DNA from: Lama glama
Lineage: Eukaryota
NCBI GenBank assembly: GCA_028534125.1
Contig: CM052817.1
Location: 53,322,001-53,386,000 of the forward strand
Length of the DNA stretch: 64,000 nucleotides
Direction of reading: 5' to 3'
Shown: positions 1 to 14,639 of the stretch, piece after piece
Layout of the letters: each line of letters opens with the position of its first letter
How positions within the stretch are numbered: the first letter of the stretch is position 1
Notes under the pieces: model-generated
The model's input: only the letters and a program-made list of their open reading frames with translations
Database searches by the model: none
Told to the model about the DNA's origin: nothing
Position numbers and translations under genes: made by a program

Positions 1-149
1 ATGCACATAACTAATTTACATTAGAGGAGAGGGGATATTATGGTATAATTGATACAGAGCAAAATTCATCTTTTTAGATGTACAGTTTGATGAGTTTTGG
101 CAAATTTGAAGCTTACTTTTTAAACATCACAAATTTGTAAGAAAAGTAG

Positions 150-1090
150 TATGATAATCTAGACCACATTAAAATTTATAAAATCTGGCTTATCAAAAGA
201 TATTAAAAGTCAGGTGAAAAAGTCAAGCTATAGACCAGAAAAAATATTTGCAATTCATATTATAACAAATTTTTTGAATACTGAAAATATAGAAAACCCG
301 TAAGCCAAAAAGAAAAAAGGAAAATCTATTCAAAAAATGTGGAAAAGATATGAATAGACATTTCAAATCAAAAGATACTCAAATGAAAAATAAATGAAAG
401 TATGTTACAACTCATGAGGGAAATGTTCATTAATACCACACTTTTGATCACGTTCTGTGCTCATCAATGCAAAAGTACACAGACAAATCAGTGTTAGCTA
501 GGATGTAAGGTAACCAGAACTCTCATTAGTTGATGATGCAAGAATAAGATGGTAATAATGCTTAGGGAAGCTGGTGATATTTACTAAAAGTATACATGCC
601 TTAAGACCCAGCAACTCTACTGCTAGTATATGTGCAAGAGAGATATATCCCAAAAGATGTATAAGAATGTACATAACACTATTATTTATAAGAACCCAAA
701 ACCTTAAAACTAATCAAACATCTATTCACAACAAAATAAGCAAGCAAGCAAAAGTTTAGTAAATTCACACACAAAGGCCTATAATTATACAACAATATCA
801 ATAAACTATTCAAATTCAGTAACTTGTATGAACCTCACAAATAAAAGATTAAGCTTCAGAGACCAATCACAAAAGAATTCACATTTTTATTCCATAGAAT
901 AAAATGCAAAAGAGGGAAAATGATCTATAATTTGAGAAGTAAGGTAGTACTCATGTTTGGAGAGACCATGGGAGGTACTGTAAACAATGAGTAAGGTTTT
1001 GTTTTATAGAAGTTGAACACTTGGTTCACTTCTGATCTTTCATCAAACTTTACACTTAGAATTTGCTTGCATTTCTCTATGCATAGTATA
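150..1090 (+). mobile_element. Ancient, highly decayed L1 (L1ME/L1MC-like) ORF2 3' end and 3' UTR fragment
   Basis: A-rich sense strand with recognisable L1 3' motifs (aaaatatttgcaattcatat, aaagatatgaatagacattt, ctcattagttgatg, gacccagcaactctactgctag). Confidence 0.7.
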
Positions 1091-2548
1091 CTGAGAGAAA
1101 ATATTTATTAAAATCGGTTGGTATTTTTAGTCTATCCTGTATTTTTCATTGAAATATCACCATATTAAATTAACTGCCATGAAGGATATTTGATATTCAC
1201 ATATTATGTACCAGGTTTATTCCGTAGCTTTGACTAGAATATTGACTAGAGATATTTCCCTGGAATATCTCTTCAGTAGTCCCAAAATCACACGTACAGC
1301 ATGAAAGGTGGTAATCAGGTTATCTCAGTGAATAAAAACTTGTTAGCTAATCATGTAACAGCAAAGAGTAGGAAGTTCAGTGGGCACCAATTTGAGTGTC
1401 CATCCAGCCTTCTTTACTAGGCATTGCCTGCCCCACCCACAGGTTTGCTTCCTTGTATCACTGTTTCTTTTCTATGATTCAACTCTCCTGGCTTCAGATG
1501 GCTGAATATAGGTGGAAATATCACCCAAACTGGGACATTTTCATTCTATCTTTTGGAAGCATGGAATTTAAATTGAAAATAGCTAAACATAAGCCGGCCT
1601 ATTAAATAAAGGTAATATAAATCTGAAAGCCATTAATTCACCAATTTCTGCTTCTTTATTCAAACATGTCAGTCTGCAGAGAAAGGACAATGAACAAATA
1701 CAGAGAAAGTAGAAAAACTAAAATTTGAGAAAAGAGGTCATCTGGCTTTCCAGTATTGAACAGCACTTTCTTGCTAAGGCTCCATGTCATTTCGCCTTGG
1801 ATTACACAAGCATGTCCACTATTCCTATCAAAAATACATTTCTTTTGCTCCTATTGTTTTTAATGACAAACTTCATCTACATCATAATTTTATTTAGGAT
1901 ATTTTGCATTTGTATTATATGTGCACGAGCGTTAGTGGAAAGAGGAGCAATGCAAATCTCCCAAGGTGAAGATATTTATGATGGGATAAGATGTACTTTG
2001 ATATCAAATAATATAGATTTTAGAAATTAGAGTATTTTGGTTAAGTGATTATTTTTATACCTAATTAAAGATACAGATCCAAAAGGGAACTTTTAATAAC
2101 AGAAATTACAGGTATATAAATAAAATAAACTAGAGTTCAGGTTATAACTACTTTTTCTCATGGACCAATAACACCATCCTAACTGTAGATTTATACTTCA
2201 GCAGACCATTATATTGTGATAAAAGTTTGTACGAGGTTTTTATACAGAATGTACACCTCTCACTTGCTACATAAGACTTTCTTTACTGTATATAAAAAGT
2301 ACCCCATTAAAGTGACATAATTTAGTGGCAATTTTTAGTTAACAAGCAATCTTAATGACTGTGGATAATGTTAACTATGAACACAACACAAAGTTTATAG
2401 GATAATGTGCATGTCACAGGAGCAAAATTATAGTAGAAAAAATCCATTCTTTATATATTTTGCACTTAAGAACTATAAAGGTCCATTTTTTTCAGATATT
2501 AAAACAAAACAAAAAACTCTTCTGCATTGAGGGAAAGAATTAGGAATG

Positions 2549-2582
2549 GTGTGTGTGCGTGCGTGTGTGTGTGTGTGTGTGT
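2549..2582. repeat. (GT)n microsatellite
   Basis: gtgtgtgtgcgtgcgtgtgtgtgtgtgtgtgtgt seen directly. Confidence 0.95.
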
Positions 2583-2959
2583 AAACAAACTTGCTTCAGG
2601 GGACATAGATTAAACGTTATGTACAGAAATAAAAAATGAAAGCATTTTATATTAAACAAAATTACCAGCTGAAGTAAACTGCCTTTTTTTTAATGATGGT
2701 TTCTTGTGGAAAGTTTGACCAAAGACTTACATCAGACTGCATTTTAACTGTGATACTGTAAGTCACTAGGTAAACAATAAAAAACTAAATTTCAATGTTT
2801 TATAGCTCTTGGATAAATTGGGCTAAAAACTTATGGTCATCAATGGCCTAAACAGAAATCCCCCTTCCCTTTTCTGCTTTGCCATCTATTGACAGAGCTA
2901 ATGTTTCTTTCATATGCAATAATTGGATGCACAGTCTAAATCAGTATGATCCAAAAACT

Positions 2960-3085
2960 GCTGAATTTGCGGTTAGAAGATCTGGGGTTATATGCTTGCT
3001 CTCTGACTACCTAGCTGTGTGACAAAAGACAACTCAGTTTCTTTGTCATTCTCATAACTTAAAAACTGAAAACAACAGTACCTTT
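2960..3085 (+). mobile_element. MIR SINE fragment
   Basis: MIR core-like ttagaagatctgggg...ctctgactacctagctgtgtgac...ctcagtttc. Confidence 0.6.
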
Positions 3086-3087
3086 CT

Positions 3088-3345
3088 TGGGGAGGGATAG
3101 ATTAGGAGTTTGGGATTAACAGATACACATTACTATATATAAAATAGATAAACAACAAGGAACTAATGTAGAGCACAGGGAATTATATTCAATTTCTTGC
3201 AATGAGCTGTAACAGAAAAGAAACTAAAAAAATATATATGTACGTATGTGTTTGGTATAACTGAATCACTTTTCTGTATACCTGAAACTAACATTGTAAA
3301 CTAACTACATTTCAATAAAAAATAAGAATAAAATATCAAAAAAAG
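3088..3345 (+). mobile_element. L1 3' terminal fragment (artiodactyl-type 3' UTR) with A-rich tail
   Basis: ggggagggatagattaggagtttgggattaacagatacac...gcacagggaattatattc...cctgaaactaacattgtaaa...caataaaaaataag. Confidence 0.85.
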
Positions 3346-3459
3346 TATCATAATAATTAACAAAAAAACTAAATATAAAGTTTCCGACATAAAATATGTT
3401 TGTAGACAATCTTTTCTCCTTATTTGCAGAGAGGCACTTGACATAATAATACTATTAAC

Positions 3460-5275
3460 ATACATTCAACATTTTCCAATACCTATTGAATGTCCTCTCT
3501 GAGTTAGATTTTAAAAACACAGTAGTGAACAAAATCTTGTTCTCTTGAAATCTGAGTTATTGTGAAGTAGGTAGATAATTAAACAGAAACATGAGGTCTA
3601 ATAATTTATGATAAATTCTGTAAAATAATAAACCAGACAAAGTCACAGAGAATGAGTAGAACATAATAAGTATCATTACTCAGCCTACCTGAGTAATTGG
3701 TACCTGAGAGGAATAATAAGGACCTGGACATATGGAGACTTTTGAAAGAAAGAGAAAGAAGGGAAGTGTTAATTGCAGTCAGAGAGAAGTTGGTGGAAAA
3801 TGTCATTGAAAAGATATCAGATACTAGTTCACGTGGGATCTTTCAAGCTTTGATCAAAGAGTCTGATCATTTTATAACTGTTAAAAAATCATTTGATGAT
3901 TTTAAGTGGGAGGGTATCGTGGTCTCTTCTTGAGTTTGGTTTACAAAACTCTACACAATCTATTTGCTGTGTTAATGCATTAGAAGAAGGTGAATGGAAA
4001 AGAAGTACCAGTTAGAGGACTATTGACATAATCTACCAATAAAGCATGTCTTCCAGTAATACGAGGAACAGAAATGTAAATGCCCCGAGAAGAGGTTAAA
4101 AAAAATCAACTCAATCAACTGAACCATTTGATTTCTTCTTCTGTATACCATGAAGCCTAATTTTTTTTTAGTAAAAGTCACATGGTAACAAGAGAGGGCA
4201 AATAAACATACCACAGGTCATCTACCCTACGTGAACCATCTCACTCTTCCATACTGCACAGTAGCAATTTGAAACTGAGCAACAATCCTTAACCATTGAC
4301 TCTGAATAAAATAAGCCAACACATTAGTACACTTTAATCTTTCTGATACCAAAATCTACATCACTCTCTTCTGTAAGATCTTTGTTTCCTTTTCTCTGAA
4401 GTTATCCTGCCTCTCAAGTCCATAATTTCACCAATTTGGGAAAGATATTTAACCACATATCAATCCCTCTCTTTTTGGTTTATTCAATTATTGCCTCAGT
4501 TGTATCTTCTAAGAACTTTAATACTGGTTCAAGATTCTCCTGTTAGTGGCTTTTGCAGTAATCCAGGTGGGAGGTAAAAATAGTTTAGAAAATGTAATAG
4601 CAGTGGGGATGGAGGGAAGTGTGTGTGTGTGTATGTGCACATACACACACACACATAAACAAATATGCATCAGAATGTGTACACAAAATACATTCAATAG
4701 ATACTTAGTATGGTGGACTCAGTTTGACAAATTAAAAAGCAGAAAGAGAGGAAAGGAGATAATAAAATTCAATGTCATGGATGACTTTGAAAGAAAAAAG
4801 TTTTAAGGGATGAGCAATGGTAGAAAGAATATAGTGGGGCAAAGAATAGTACAAAGTAGAAAAAGGAAAACAAATGAACATAGCTTACTTTTGCAAGAAG
4901 CTTGGCTACAAGTAAGAGGGGAAATCAAAGTAAAATGTAAAAATCAATGCTATTCAGTTGGAATGCAGTTTTGAAAGGAGATGGTGTTTTGTTTTTATTT
5001 TGCTGTCACTGTTGAGCCTTGAAGTACTCATACACTTATGACAAGGAGTGGGTAGGGAGAAAAATTGAAGATCAGGGATTGAAAAAAAGAATCAATATTT
5101 TAAAGAGCCACACCATGGTGACGTACACAAAACTTCTACCGGATACAAGTGGAAGGATTGGCATATAATAAGAGGAACAACCCTTTGAATATTAGGAGAA
5201 AGAAAGTGAAAATATGGATGCAAGTGCAGTCATTTGTTATGAATAATGGTATGAAGCTGAAGGAATTTCAATAAG
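3460..5275 (-). mobile_element. Decayed L2 LINE fragments
   Basis: Starts with the L2 3'-end antisense signature (cattcaac...tacctattgaatg...cagtagtgaacaaaa), followed by purine-rich L2-antisense-like tracts (gcagtaatccaggtgggagg, aagaagcttggct). Confidence 0.5.
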
Positions 5276-5279
5276 ATGA

Positions 5280-5760
5280 TGTTGCAACCATTGAAATGCA
5301 CCACTTGGTTCTTTCTTCAGGAGAGAAACTGCTGTGAGGAATTTGATTAGCTAACATCCTCCAGCCATTGCCTCTTCATAATCTACAACAGTGTTTACTG
5401 TGAAGTCCCTCCCTGCCTGGGCTGCATCCAGTTAATGGCTGAACACAGCTGGGGTACCAGAGCCGGGCCACTCTAGCCCAGTGTGAGCAACCTCTAACAG
5501 GAAGTATTTGTCCCAAATCTCTTTAGTGGCCTGGCCAAGACTCTCAGAGCTACACTGCAGCATGAGAGTTTAATCCTCCCTACTTAATCCTCCCTCTAGT
5601 CCTTTCTCCTTTCATAGGTGTCAGATCTGCCTTGCAATCTGAAGTCCTTCTCCTCCTACTCCAGCTTACTCTGCCTTTGTCATTCATAGGCGCTTTAATA
5701 AGTCTTTTACATCCTTGAGTCCATCTTAGTACCCTGATCTCAAAGGACCTGAACCAATAG
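5280..5760 (+). mobile_element. ERVL solo LTR (LTR16C-like)
   Basis: Starts with TG; 3' part ttcataggtgtcagatctgcc...tctgaag...ctactcc...aataagtcttttacatc...catctt...aggacctgaac matches recalled LTR16C-type consensus. Confidence 0.7.
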
Positions 5761-6199
5761 AGAGAGACTATCTCTCTTTGATCAAGGATTGTATAATTTT
5801 TCCAAAAAGAAAAAAAAAAAAAGAATGCCATGAAAAATATTAAATGTAGAATAAAGAGGACTTTTTTTCTTATTAGATATTTATACATATTAACAGGCTA
5901 TAATAAGCAAAAAACACAGGGTTAAGACAGATGAATTAGGTATTACAAACTTCAGTAACAGTCTCATACTATTAAAATTCAATTTAGGATAAAGAGGATA
6001 TCACAGATGACACTGAATCAATTTCTATTTGAATAAAAAGCAAATTTTGGATCATCAACTCAAATTATATGCTACACATGATAAATGAATGGCATTAGAT
6101 AATTATGGCTTCCTGAAACTGCATTTTCAAGCTTAGCTGTCAGATGTGTGAAACTTTTCTGTTAAGACTTTTGCTCCATATTCAAATACAGGGTAAAAT

Positions 6200-6420
6200 A
6201 TAGGGGCTAAGAGAATTATGTTTGGACTTCTACAGACTTGGACTTGAGTGCTAGCTCTATCATTTCATAGCTTTAATTTGTCAAATTATTTGAACTTTTA
6301 AACCTCAATTTTCTCATCTGCAAAATTAAGGCCAAAAAATATCTACCTCATAAATAAATAAAAGTATTGCCTTAATTGCAACAATGTGGGTAAAGTTCAG
6401 AGTAAATATTTAATGAATGT
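6200..6420 (+). mobile_element. MIR SINE
   Basis: cagacttggacttgagtgctagctct...aacctcaattttctcatctgcaaaat MIR core. Confidence 0.7.
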
Positions 6421-9400
6421 TTAATGTTTATGTTTAATGGATTTGTAGCTATTATTGTACTGATGATAGTAGTAGCAGCAGTAGCAACAGTGTTTTATTA
6501 CTTTGAAGACTGATCTCTACTATATCTAAATTATGACCTACTGGATTAACAATAGCACATTCTGGGCTCTGCTTTGTATCACCCTTGTTTTAAGAGGAGA
6601 GGGAGATGTAGAAATTTGATTAGTAGAGGCAGACAGTTAAAGTGCTACAGGACCACAGAAACAGGTTCACTAAGAACACATTACTAAAAAAAAAACAACA
6701 ACAACCTAAAAGTAACCTCAGTGAACACTGTCTAAGAGACTAAGGATGACTACTTGAAATGACGACAACAGATAAAATTTATGTTCAAGCCACCATAAGA
6801 AACTTCTCTTTTCTCTACCCTCTGGTCATAAGTTTCTAATTGAAAACCAATGAGAATAAAAGGGAAAAAACTGCTCAGTAAGAAGAAAATTGAGTTTAAA
6901 ACTGTGGAAACTCATCTAATATAAACTTTAGTTGACATCCAAGATGGGGAAATGGTTCCAGAATCGGTGAAGAAGGCAGCCAAATCATAAAGGTTAAAAT
7001 CAAAACAGTTTTTAAAAATTACACTTATCTCTTTCAAATTTGCATACAAGCCACAAGGTATGCTGGAAAATTAAAAAGTGATCACTGTTGTTAAATGGTC
7101 TGTAAACAGTTACTAGATAAGTATCATTATCTTAATCAAAAGCATTCATTAAACCCACATCTAAATTGGCTGGTGGTACAGTGTTGGGCATTGGGAACAA
7201 GGCAGCTTAATATGTGGTGATCCTTACCCCGGGGGGATGGGAGGAGAAAACTGTCTATCTGGCATAAAAGACAAATGAAGTAGCATTAAGCAAATACTTT
7301 AATAGGAAAAGTATAGGTATTAGGTTTAGAACAGAAAAAATAAAGGCTTCCTCTTATTTCTAAGTGATTCTATATGAAAAGTATCTCATTGTTCCTTTAA
7401 ATAGATTCATCAGTGCACTTACATCACAAGAAGACTGATTTAATCCCAATTTTAAAGGTCACAGTAATTACATATATCGTGGCACACTTAACAGATATCA
7501 TCTGAGCACATTTGCACAAGACAAAAGAAGTGGCCAGTGTAGCTATACTCAGCAATCCACACATCTTAAAATTGTCACCTTCAGAATTATTATGATAGAA
7601 TGACCTCTCTACATGCAGTTTTCATGTAGAGAGTGGTCGCCGGTATTATATATTATAACTAACGTGTAACATAATCAGGATATTATAGCACGTGTGTGCA
7701 CATGCATGTGTGTATGTGTGTGTGCGTGCGTGCCTTACTGCAGTAGAGAAGGATGCAGTGAATATATCTGAGAAGCAGGAGACAACTATACAGAGCATTC
7801 AGAAGTCTGCACCCCTGCACTTAAAGCATCTCTCTAAGTAAAAAGGCTAGATATCGCATATCATTAAACCAGCAATGCCTACCAGAATGAATCAAACATC
7901 TTCACAAAATCATGAATACTTTAAGAATATTCTAATTAGATTTGGAGAATACCAACCTCACCTCATTCAAGTCTCATGTTGTGCATTGAAAACATACAGA
8001 AAATGTGCAGATGTTTTCTAAATGTACACATTTAAAAAATGTTTCTTTTATCCTCAGGTAAAGGAAAGATTGCATCAGGCAATCAAAAGAAGAAGAAAGA
8101 GCAATTCAAGGAGAGACTTTTTTTTTTTTGCTAATTTCCAGAGGGAATTAACCAATTTTCTGTATTATGATAGAATCAGCATATTGAGGATTGGACCTAT
8201 AGATAATGTCAAAAGAAGAAGAGGTGCTTGCAGCTTTGTGTGCCTGCTGAATCTTAAATATGAATGGCTGCTGAGCTTCTGTTTGCTCCACGATTACCGG
8301 TCAGGTTTCATCAGATTGGAGCCTGCTGTTTAAGCTGTATTTAGGACACGACCCTAGCAGCTGGCTCCACTGAATGAGCCGCTTCAAGGTGGTTATTACT
8401 ATGCATGCAATAACTAAAGAATTTGGAAGAGCTAAGAAAAGCAGTAATCCTTGTGTACTCTATTGAATATTTTGGTGGATTTGAAATCCAACTAAGCAAG
8501 GAGCATATGAAAAATAAAAGTATGGTAATTTACACTAAAAATAACTTTAATATTACCATCTGGATGACAGAAAATGCCATACAACTTTGTCAGAGTAAGG
8601 AGAATCTATTTTTTAAAGGCTTACAACTTTAAAAAGAGTTTGGAAGTTTTTACTAAGTTTCATAAATTTACAAAAGCATTCTTTAAATAATTGGTGTTTG
8701 AATAATATCTGGAAAAATGAAAAACGTCAAAATACATTTACTTTTATATCCAATGTCTAGAAAGAAGAGGATTATATCTTATTCAGTCCTATATCATGTA
8801 AGACATATCATATTGTAGTCACCCATAAATGTTTCTTGAATTAAAAGTTATCTACTAACGTTTGAAAATATAAAATGAGAGCTTTGGAGAAGCTCTAAAG
8901 AAAATTTAAAACCACCCAAAAAATGAGCATTGTGGTATGAAAAAGTCCAAAACATCCAAGAGAACTCAATCTTGTCTTTTCTGTGCAAAAGATTGAAAAT
9001 TAAAATAAGGGTTAATGGCAAATAGTTTCAATTTACAGAATATCAACAAATAATATAAATATCATTATCTGTATTCTTTATATTGGTATTTATTCAATAT
9101 AAATATCAAGAAAGAAAAGTAGGAAATCTATCTTTCTAAATTTTGTAGTATCTAATTGACTCCGGAAAAGAGAAGATGCAAAAAGAGCCATATCATTTTT
9201 TCACAGAGTAAACAACTTAAATGTGATCAATATAGCTTTTTACCTAGATATGTTGATCAGCAAATACTTCTGAAATAGTTACCATTATCAGGGTTACCAA
9301 ATAATTTGGAGATAGGAAATGACATATACTGATAATGATTGCTAAGTAGTTCCATGTAGTCAGATAAGTCTGTTTTAGAGCAACAAACTAGGGTTGCTTA

Positions 9401-11694
9401 AACACTAAAATATCCATTGAAAACTCCAGGGAAAATTGTGGCATTAGAACTCTTTGAACTCCAGAATCTGACCAAAATGTTTAATGAAAAGTTAAAATGC
9501 TAGGCTAAAGGCATGAAGGATTAAAGGAAGAAATTTCATCCCCTCTGAAACAGAGATAAGGTGTCAAATATATTTTATAGCATTATACAACATTACAAAG
9601 TAGTATTGTTTTTACCATGAAAACAAACCAACAAACATTAAATTTAAAAATATTTTTCCTTGCCCTTCCCCTAAAGGCATAAGTAAAATCTTCCCTAGCC
9701 TCCTTCATTCCTCCTACTCTATCTGAATGACATACTACAGCTAAATTGTATCTGATCAAGGGTTGTTTGGATTGATCTCTGATGGTAGGGTCAGTTTCTG
9801 GATTCACAAGTATCTCTGTGACTTTATTCTCCTCTCCCTCTATAGACTGTTATACCAGCAGAGTCATACTGGGTGGGGATACTCTAACCTCCCTCTAGGA
9901 AACTACCATGACACAAACATTTATCTTCCCGAGAAAGCTGGGGGTATATTTCAGGTTGTATAAAGTTAACCTCACGTTAGCTTTACCTAGAAAGTTCAGG
10001 AATGAACATTTTGTACAGTTACATAAATAAATGTTTTGAGTTAGAGTATCTCTCTATTGACCTGTTTCTATTCAACAGGGACTTAATGGATTCATTTGCC
10101 TTCATTCGATTCTTTCCTATTCATTCCAAATGCCTAATGCAATTGCAGGCCATTATATTGCAATTACTCAATAGGAAAATACTTTTAAATGAGAGCTTAT
10201 GAAAACATTTTATAGTATTTCAATTGAAGCCAAAAAATAACTGCAGGTACAATTATTATTAAAAAAAAAAAAAGGAAAAAACTACACAGTAAATAGAAAA
10301 GCTCCTTTAAGATATTTCTCCTCATAAAGGTTGCTAAAGCTGAAACATGGAGAGTTAAAGAAAATTATATTTTGTCCCCTCTTTATATTAGGTTAGATAT
10401 GAAGAGTTTGGTTGGCAGAGGACAATAAATTTCAACTAATTTATTCTGCAATTTTCAGCAATTATGTATTAACATGTCCACATATATTACAGTACTTTGA
10501 TTTCACTGGAAAGGTATCAGGATAAATGATGCTCTTCAAAGCCACATAAAAAAATGATTCTAAACTGTAAGTATAATGTTTAGGTTTTATAAATTAGTAT
10601 GTTTAAATAGTCTATACTTAGGACTCTGAAGATATATAATAGCTTTTAACTTTAATATTACATATTAGAATTACTGAAATGTATAATTGTATATAATTCT
10701 ACATATAACTGCATAGAATTTGCAAACTCTTGCCAATAAATAATAAATGAATAATATTATAAGTAATAATAATGAAAGGCATTATAGACTGAGTTAAAAT
10801 GCTTAGTATTGCAAAGAACCAAAAGTAATCAAATTGAGTTTTTTTCTTTACATAGGAATTTTCCACACTATCCCTAATACCTCACACTTAAATGTAAGCT
10901 GCTCCAAATTACTGCTGTTGACTGTTTAATTTTCACATGATTTCACTACTTGTAAAGAAGTAACAAAATTTTAAAAAGCTGTTCATTTATGACAGAGTCA
11001 ATCATGAAACGGTCCAGTTTGGAATCATTGTGCCTCACCTTCCTTTCCCCAACTCCAAAGTTCTTAGAATGACTCAATTAGTGGTTCCTCTTCTAACTAA
11101 AGGAAACCTCTAGGCTTTATTCCTTCCCCTTTTATCATGCCAGAATGAGAACAAGCATGTAAAATAGAACAAAACACTAAATGGAAAGTGCTATGGTACC
11201 AAAAAAGGATCATGAGAGATCCAGCCCTTCAGTTTTTAGAATGGCATCTGCTGATCTACCTAGATCACCTGAATTAATACTGAGTGTACACTGAAACCAC
11301 GTTAGAGTAACTTATCTGTAACAGTGCATTTAAAAGTCAATCAGAAGCATTTAGAGCAGTGCTAGTTGTTCACTTAATAAGACCAAATTTGTACGGCAGA
11401 GGTATGATTCGTTGGTTATTAGCTCATAATCCATGTAAGTGAGCTATGTAAATTAGCTAGTTACTCTATAACATACATATAAAATCTGTAATACAATTTA
11501 AAATAAATTGAACAAAGTTAAAAGTAGCATATTTTAAATATGAGCTTTACTTTTTTAAAAAGATCAGTATTCACAGATGAATCATTAGGGGAAAAAACTT
11601 ACTTGGAACTTATATAGTAGTCAGAGATGGCAAAGAGCTATATATTATTTATCTCTTTAGTACAAATAACCATTTCCTTTCATTTAGCTACTTT

Positions 11695-12732
11695 ATCAAT
11701 CAGAGTTCAGTCAGGAGATAAAAACACAGTAATTTGAAGAGGGAAAATTTAACATAAAGAATTATTCATTAGAGCAGGAGACGAGTAACAAGGGATTGGC
11801 TAGTAAGACATAAAGAGAATGCTGAATAACAGAGCACAGATACAATAAATAATATAATAGCAAAGATAATATCATGTAATATATAAATATTTCTCTTTTC
11901 TTTTCCCCAAACTTAGTATATTGAAACCCCACCCCACAATGTGATAGAACTAGGAGGTGGGGCCCCTGGGATAGATGAGGTCATGAGGGTAGAGCCCCCA
12001 TGCGTGAAATCTGTGCCCTTATGAGAGTCACAGGAGAGCTTGCTGCCCCCTGCTTTCTGCCGCGTGAGAGCACACGGAGAGGTCAGCAGTCTGCGGCTTG
12101 CAAGGGGGCTTTCACAGGAACTTGACCTTGCTGCCACTCTAACCTTAAACTTCCACCTTCCAGACCTTCAAGAAATAAATTTCTGTTGTTTAAGCTAGTC
12201 AACCTATGATGTTCTGTTATTGTGGCCCAAACTGACAAAGACAGTCACTACCCCTCTGCCTAAGAGAAAACACCCACGGTGGTGTTCCCTCCTTACTTAC
12301 ACTCCTCCTCCAGCCCAGGACTGAGACCCAGACCTCCCGGGAGAAGGCGCAGCCATGACTCATTGCATGGCAGAGAAGCTGCTCTGGTGCTGTGTCGGAG
12401 GAACTCGCTGGACATCCTCCCTCTGGAACTTGCTGGGAACCTGCTCTCTGGGGTGCCTGGAGAAGCCACCCACTGGGACATGTCACTCCTCAGTATCTGC
12501 TGTGAACCCAACCAAAGGGATGCCAGAGGAAGCTGTTGGCTGCCTTGAACCGCTGAGCCAGGAGCCACAGATACTATAAGGTGAGAGGAGCACATCAGAA
12601 CCAGGAAGAGAAAGTCCCTTCCTCTTCCAGTATCTTTACTGGCAAAACACTCGACTGACAAAGACTGACACTAGTTCAGCTGGCAAAGAAGAAACTGCAC
12701 AACTGAGAGGCAATAAATTGATCATTGTCACA
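11695..12732 (-). mobile_element. Old ERV-class LTR (family uncertain), interrupted by an MLT1 insertion
   Basis: tcaatcagagttcagtcaggagataaaaacac...tttaacataaagaattatt start and gagaggcaataaattgatcattgtcaca end resemble an antisense ERVL-type LTR; GC-rich interior 12245-12700. Confidence 0.5.
11875..12243 (+). mobile_element. MaLR solo LTR, MLT1A-like
   Basis: ccccacaatgtgatagaactaggaggtggggcc...gatgaggtcatgagggtagagcccccatg...agaaataaatttctgttgtttaagc...gcccaaactgacaaagaca. Confidence 0.85.
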
Positions 12733-14639
12733 GTTATTTATCTTATCAATGAGTAAGTCTCTTTTACCTCCTCACCTCTTCTAACTAGATTTGTAACACG
12801 GCCAATTCTCCTGCTAGATTTGTTTTCCTTTCTCAACAGAATATAAAAAGTCTCAACTATCTCAAGACTTTAAAAATCCTCTATTACTATAATTAATAAT
12901 ACATACTTTATAGCACTGTATGGAATTAAAACATTTTTTTCCTAACTTATAAAGCAATTGGCAAGATAGAAAAAGTTATTAACAACCTTACACAGAAGAC
13001 AAACCTGAAGCAGCCCAGACAGCCCACTTCTGCACTCTTCTCACAGTAAGCTCCTATAATTCTAGAATACTGCTTAAAAGCTTATGTTAGTTTCCTTCTT
13101 CTTAGAGAATTAAATCTAAACTCCTTAATTTGGCAAACAGACATTCATATTCTAAACTCAAATTACTTTTTCATCCTTTATTTCCTTTTAATGTTATCAC
13201 GCTCAATATTCACTCCAAAGACACAACATGGCTCTCTCTTTCCTCATTAAGTCATGTTCCTTTTTGGCAAATATATGACTCAGTATATTCTATTTCTTCT
13301 TCTGGCTCAAAAAAGCCAAAGTCAATAAATGGAGTAATTATGTACACTTGGCGGAAATGGAAGAACCATATTACTATATTACTTTTAAACATAGTAGGTT
13401 AATCCAAGTAACGTGTTCAGAACACTGCCTAGCATATTCTAAGTGCCCAATAAATAAATGTTAGCTTTTATTGTTATTATTTGCCTAATTTCAGTTTTCT
13501 CACCTCCAGCATTGGTGAAGTGGCTCTGTGAGAACTACTACATATTCAGATTATCTTTCTTCTGGAATGACTAGGAAACTAAGAAAATACTGGGCAGTAG
13601 AGCTGACTAAATTGTGGGAAAAACAAGTCAATTACATGGTGACTCTCACTTCTAATTCCCCATGACCAGAAGTGTCTCCTAATCTTTGCCATTGCTGCTG
13701 CCTTTCCATCATCATCACTGTCATCTACAAAAGTAAAACACAATGAGTCATTGGGGTCAAGTAACATAACACTAAAATGGGCCAGGTTTGTTGCATCACC
13801 CTAGACCTATGGAGAGTAAATGAGCTGAGTGAAGGGTGGCAGCAGACATGGCCAATGAGGAGAAATCAACACATTATCAAAAGAAGGATGTATGAATGCT
13901 AGAGAGAATACAAAAAGTGCTTACTGTGTATCCATTAATAGTGACCTATTTTAAAGAATTCTGTAGTAACTGAATGCCAGAAATACGTTGAAATATTCAA
14001 ATGCCTTGATCATTACTTCCAATACTGTCATTTTAGAGGCAAATATATTAATGGTCCAGAGAATGCATATTTGGTGCAAGGGCAAACCCTGGGAAACATG
14101 AGAGCCAGGAGTAGAAAGAACCCAGTAATTTTAATTAGGTTAGTATTTGCTCAGAGTTATGCTTTGAAAGGTGCTTTAACATAAGCCAAGAAATGTAACT
14201 AAATTAGAAGCATCAGCAAAGAAAACTAATAATTTGCAAACTGCCACACACTAAATAGCAAAGAAGGAATATTCTGCTGAATACTGTATCAACCCTTCAA
14301 ATCTCACCAAAATTCACAAAAATTCCTAAGAATGCATTTTTCTAACTTTTCTCCAAAACCATTATTCGGTATTAGCTCTTGGCTTCGTGTTTCCCATTAG
14401 CTGAGTTATTATTTTAGTAATGTTGTGTAGATTTAGCATCTGCTTGTGCTGTGCTTTTCACCACTTCTAAGGAATGCTGATGCTCCTTGCTTCCGAATAG
14501 CACTCTCTCTAACTTGACATTGATGATCATGTTATATAAGCTGTATGCAACCTAACAAGCAACAAAAAATTGAGTATTATGGACTCGCATGTTCTCAGCA
14601 AACATCTTTATCATGATATAGAGAAGTTCCATAATACAG

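Noticed and set aside
12217..12661. GC-rich cluster of overlapping ORFs suggesting an exon or CpG island
   Set aside because: Lies inside an LTR relic; higher GC explains the open frames, and CpG density is too low for an island.
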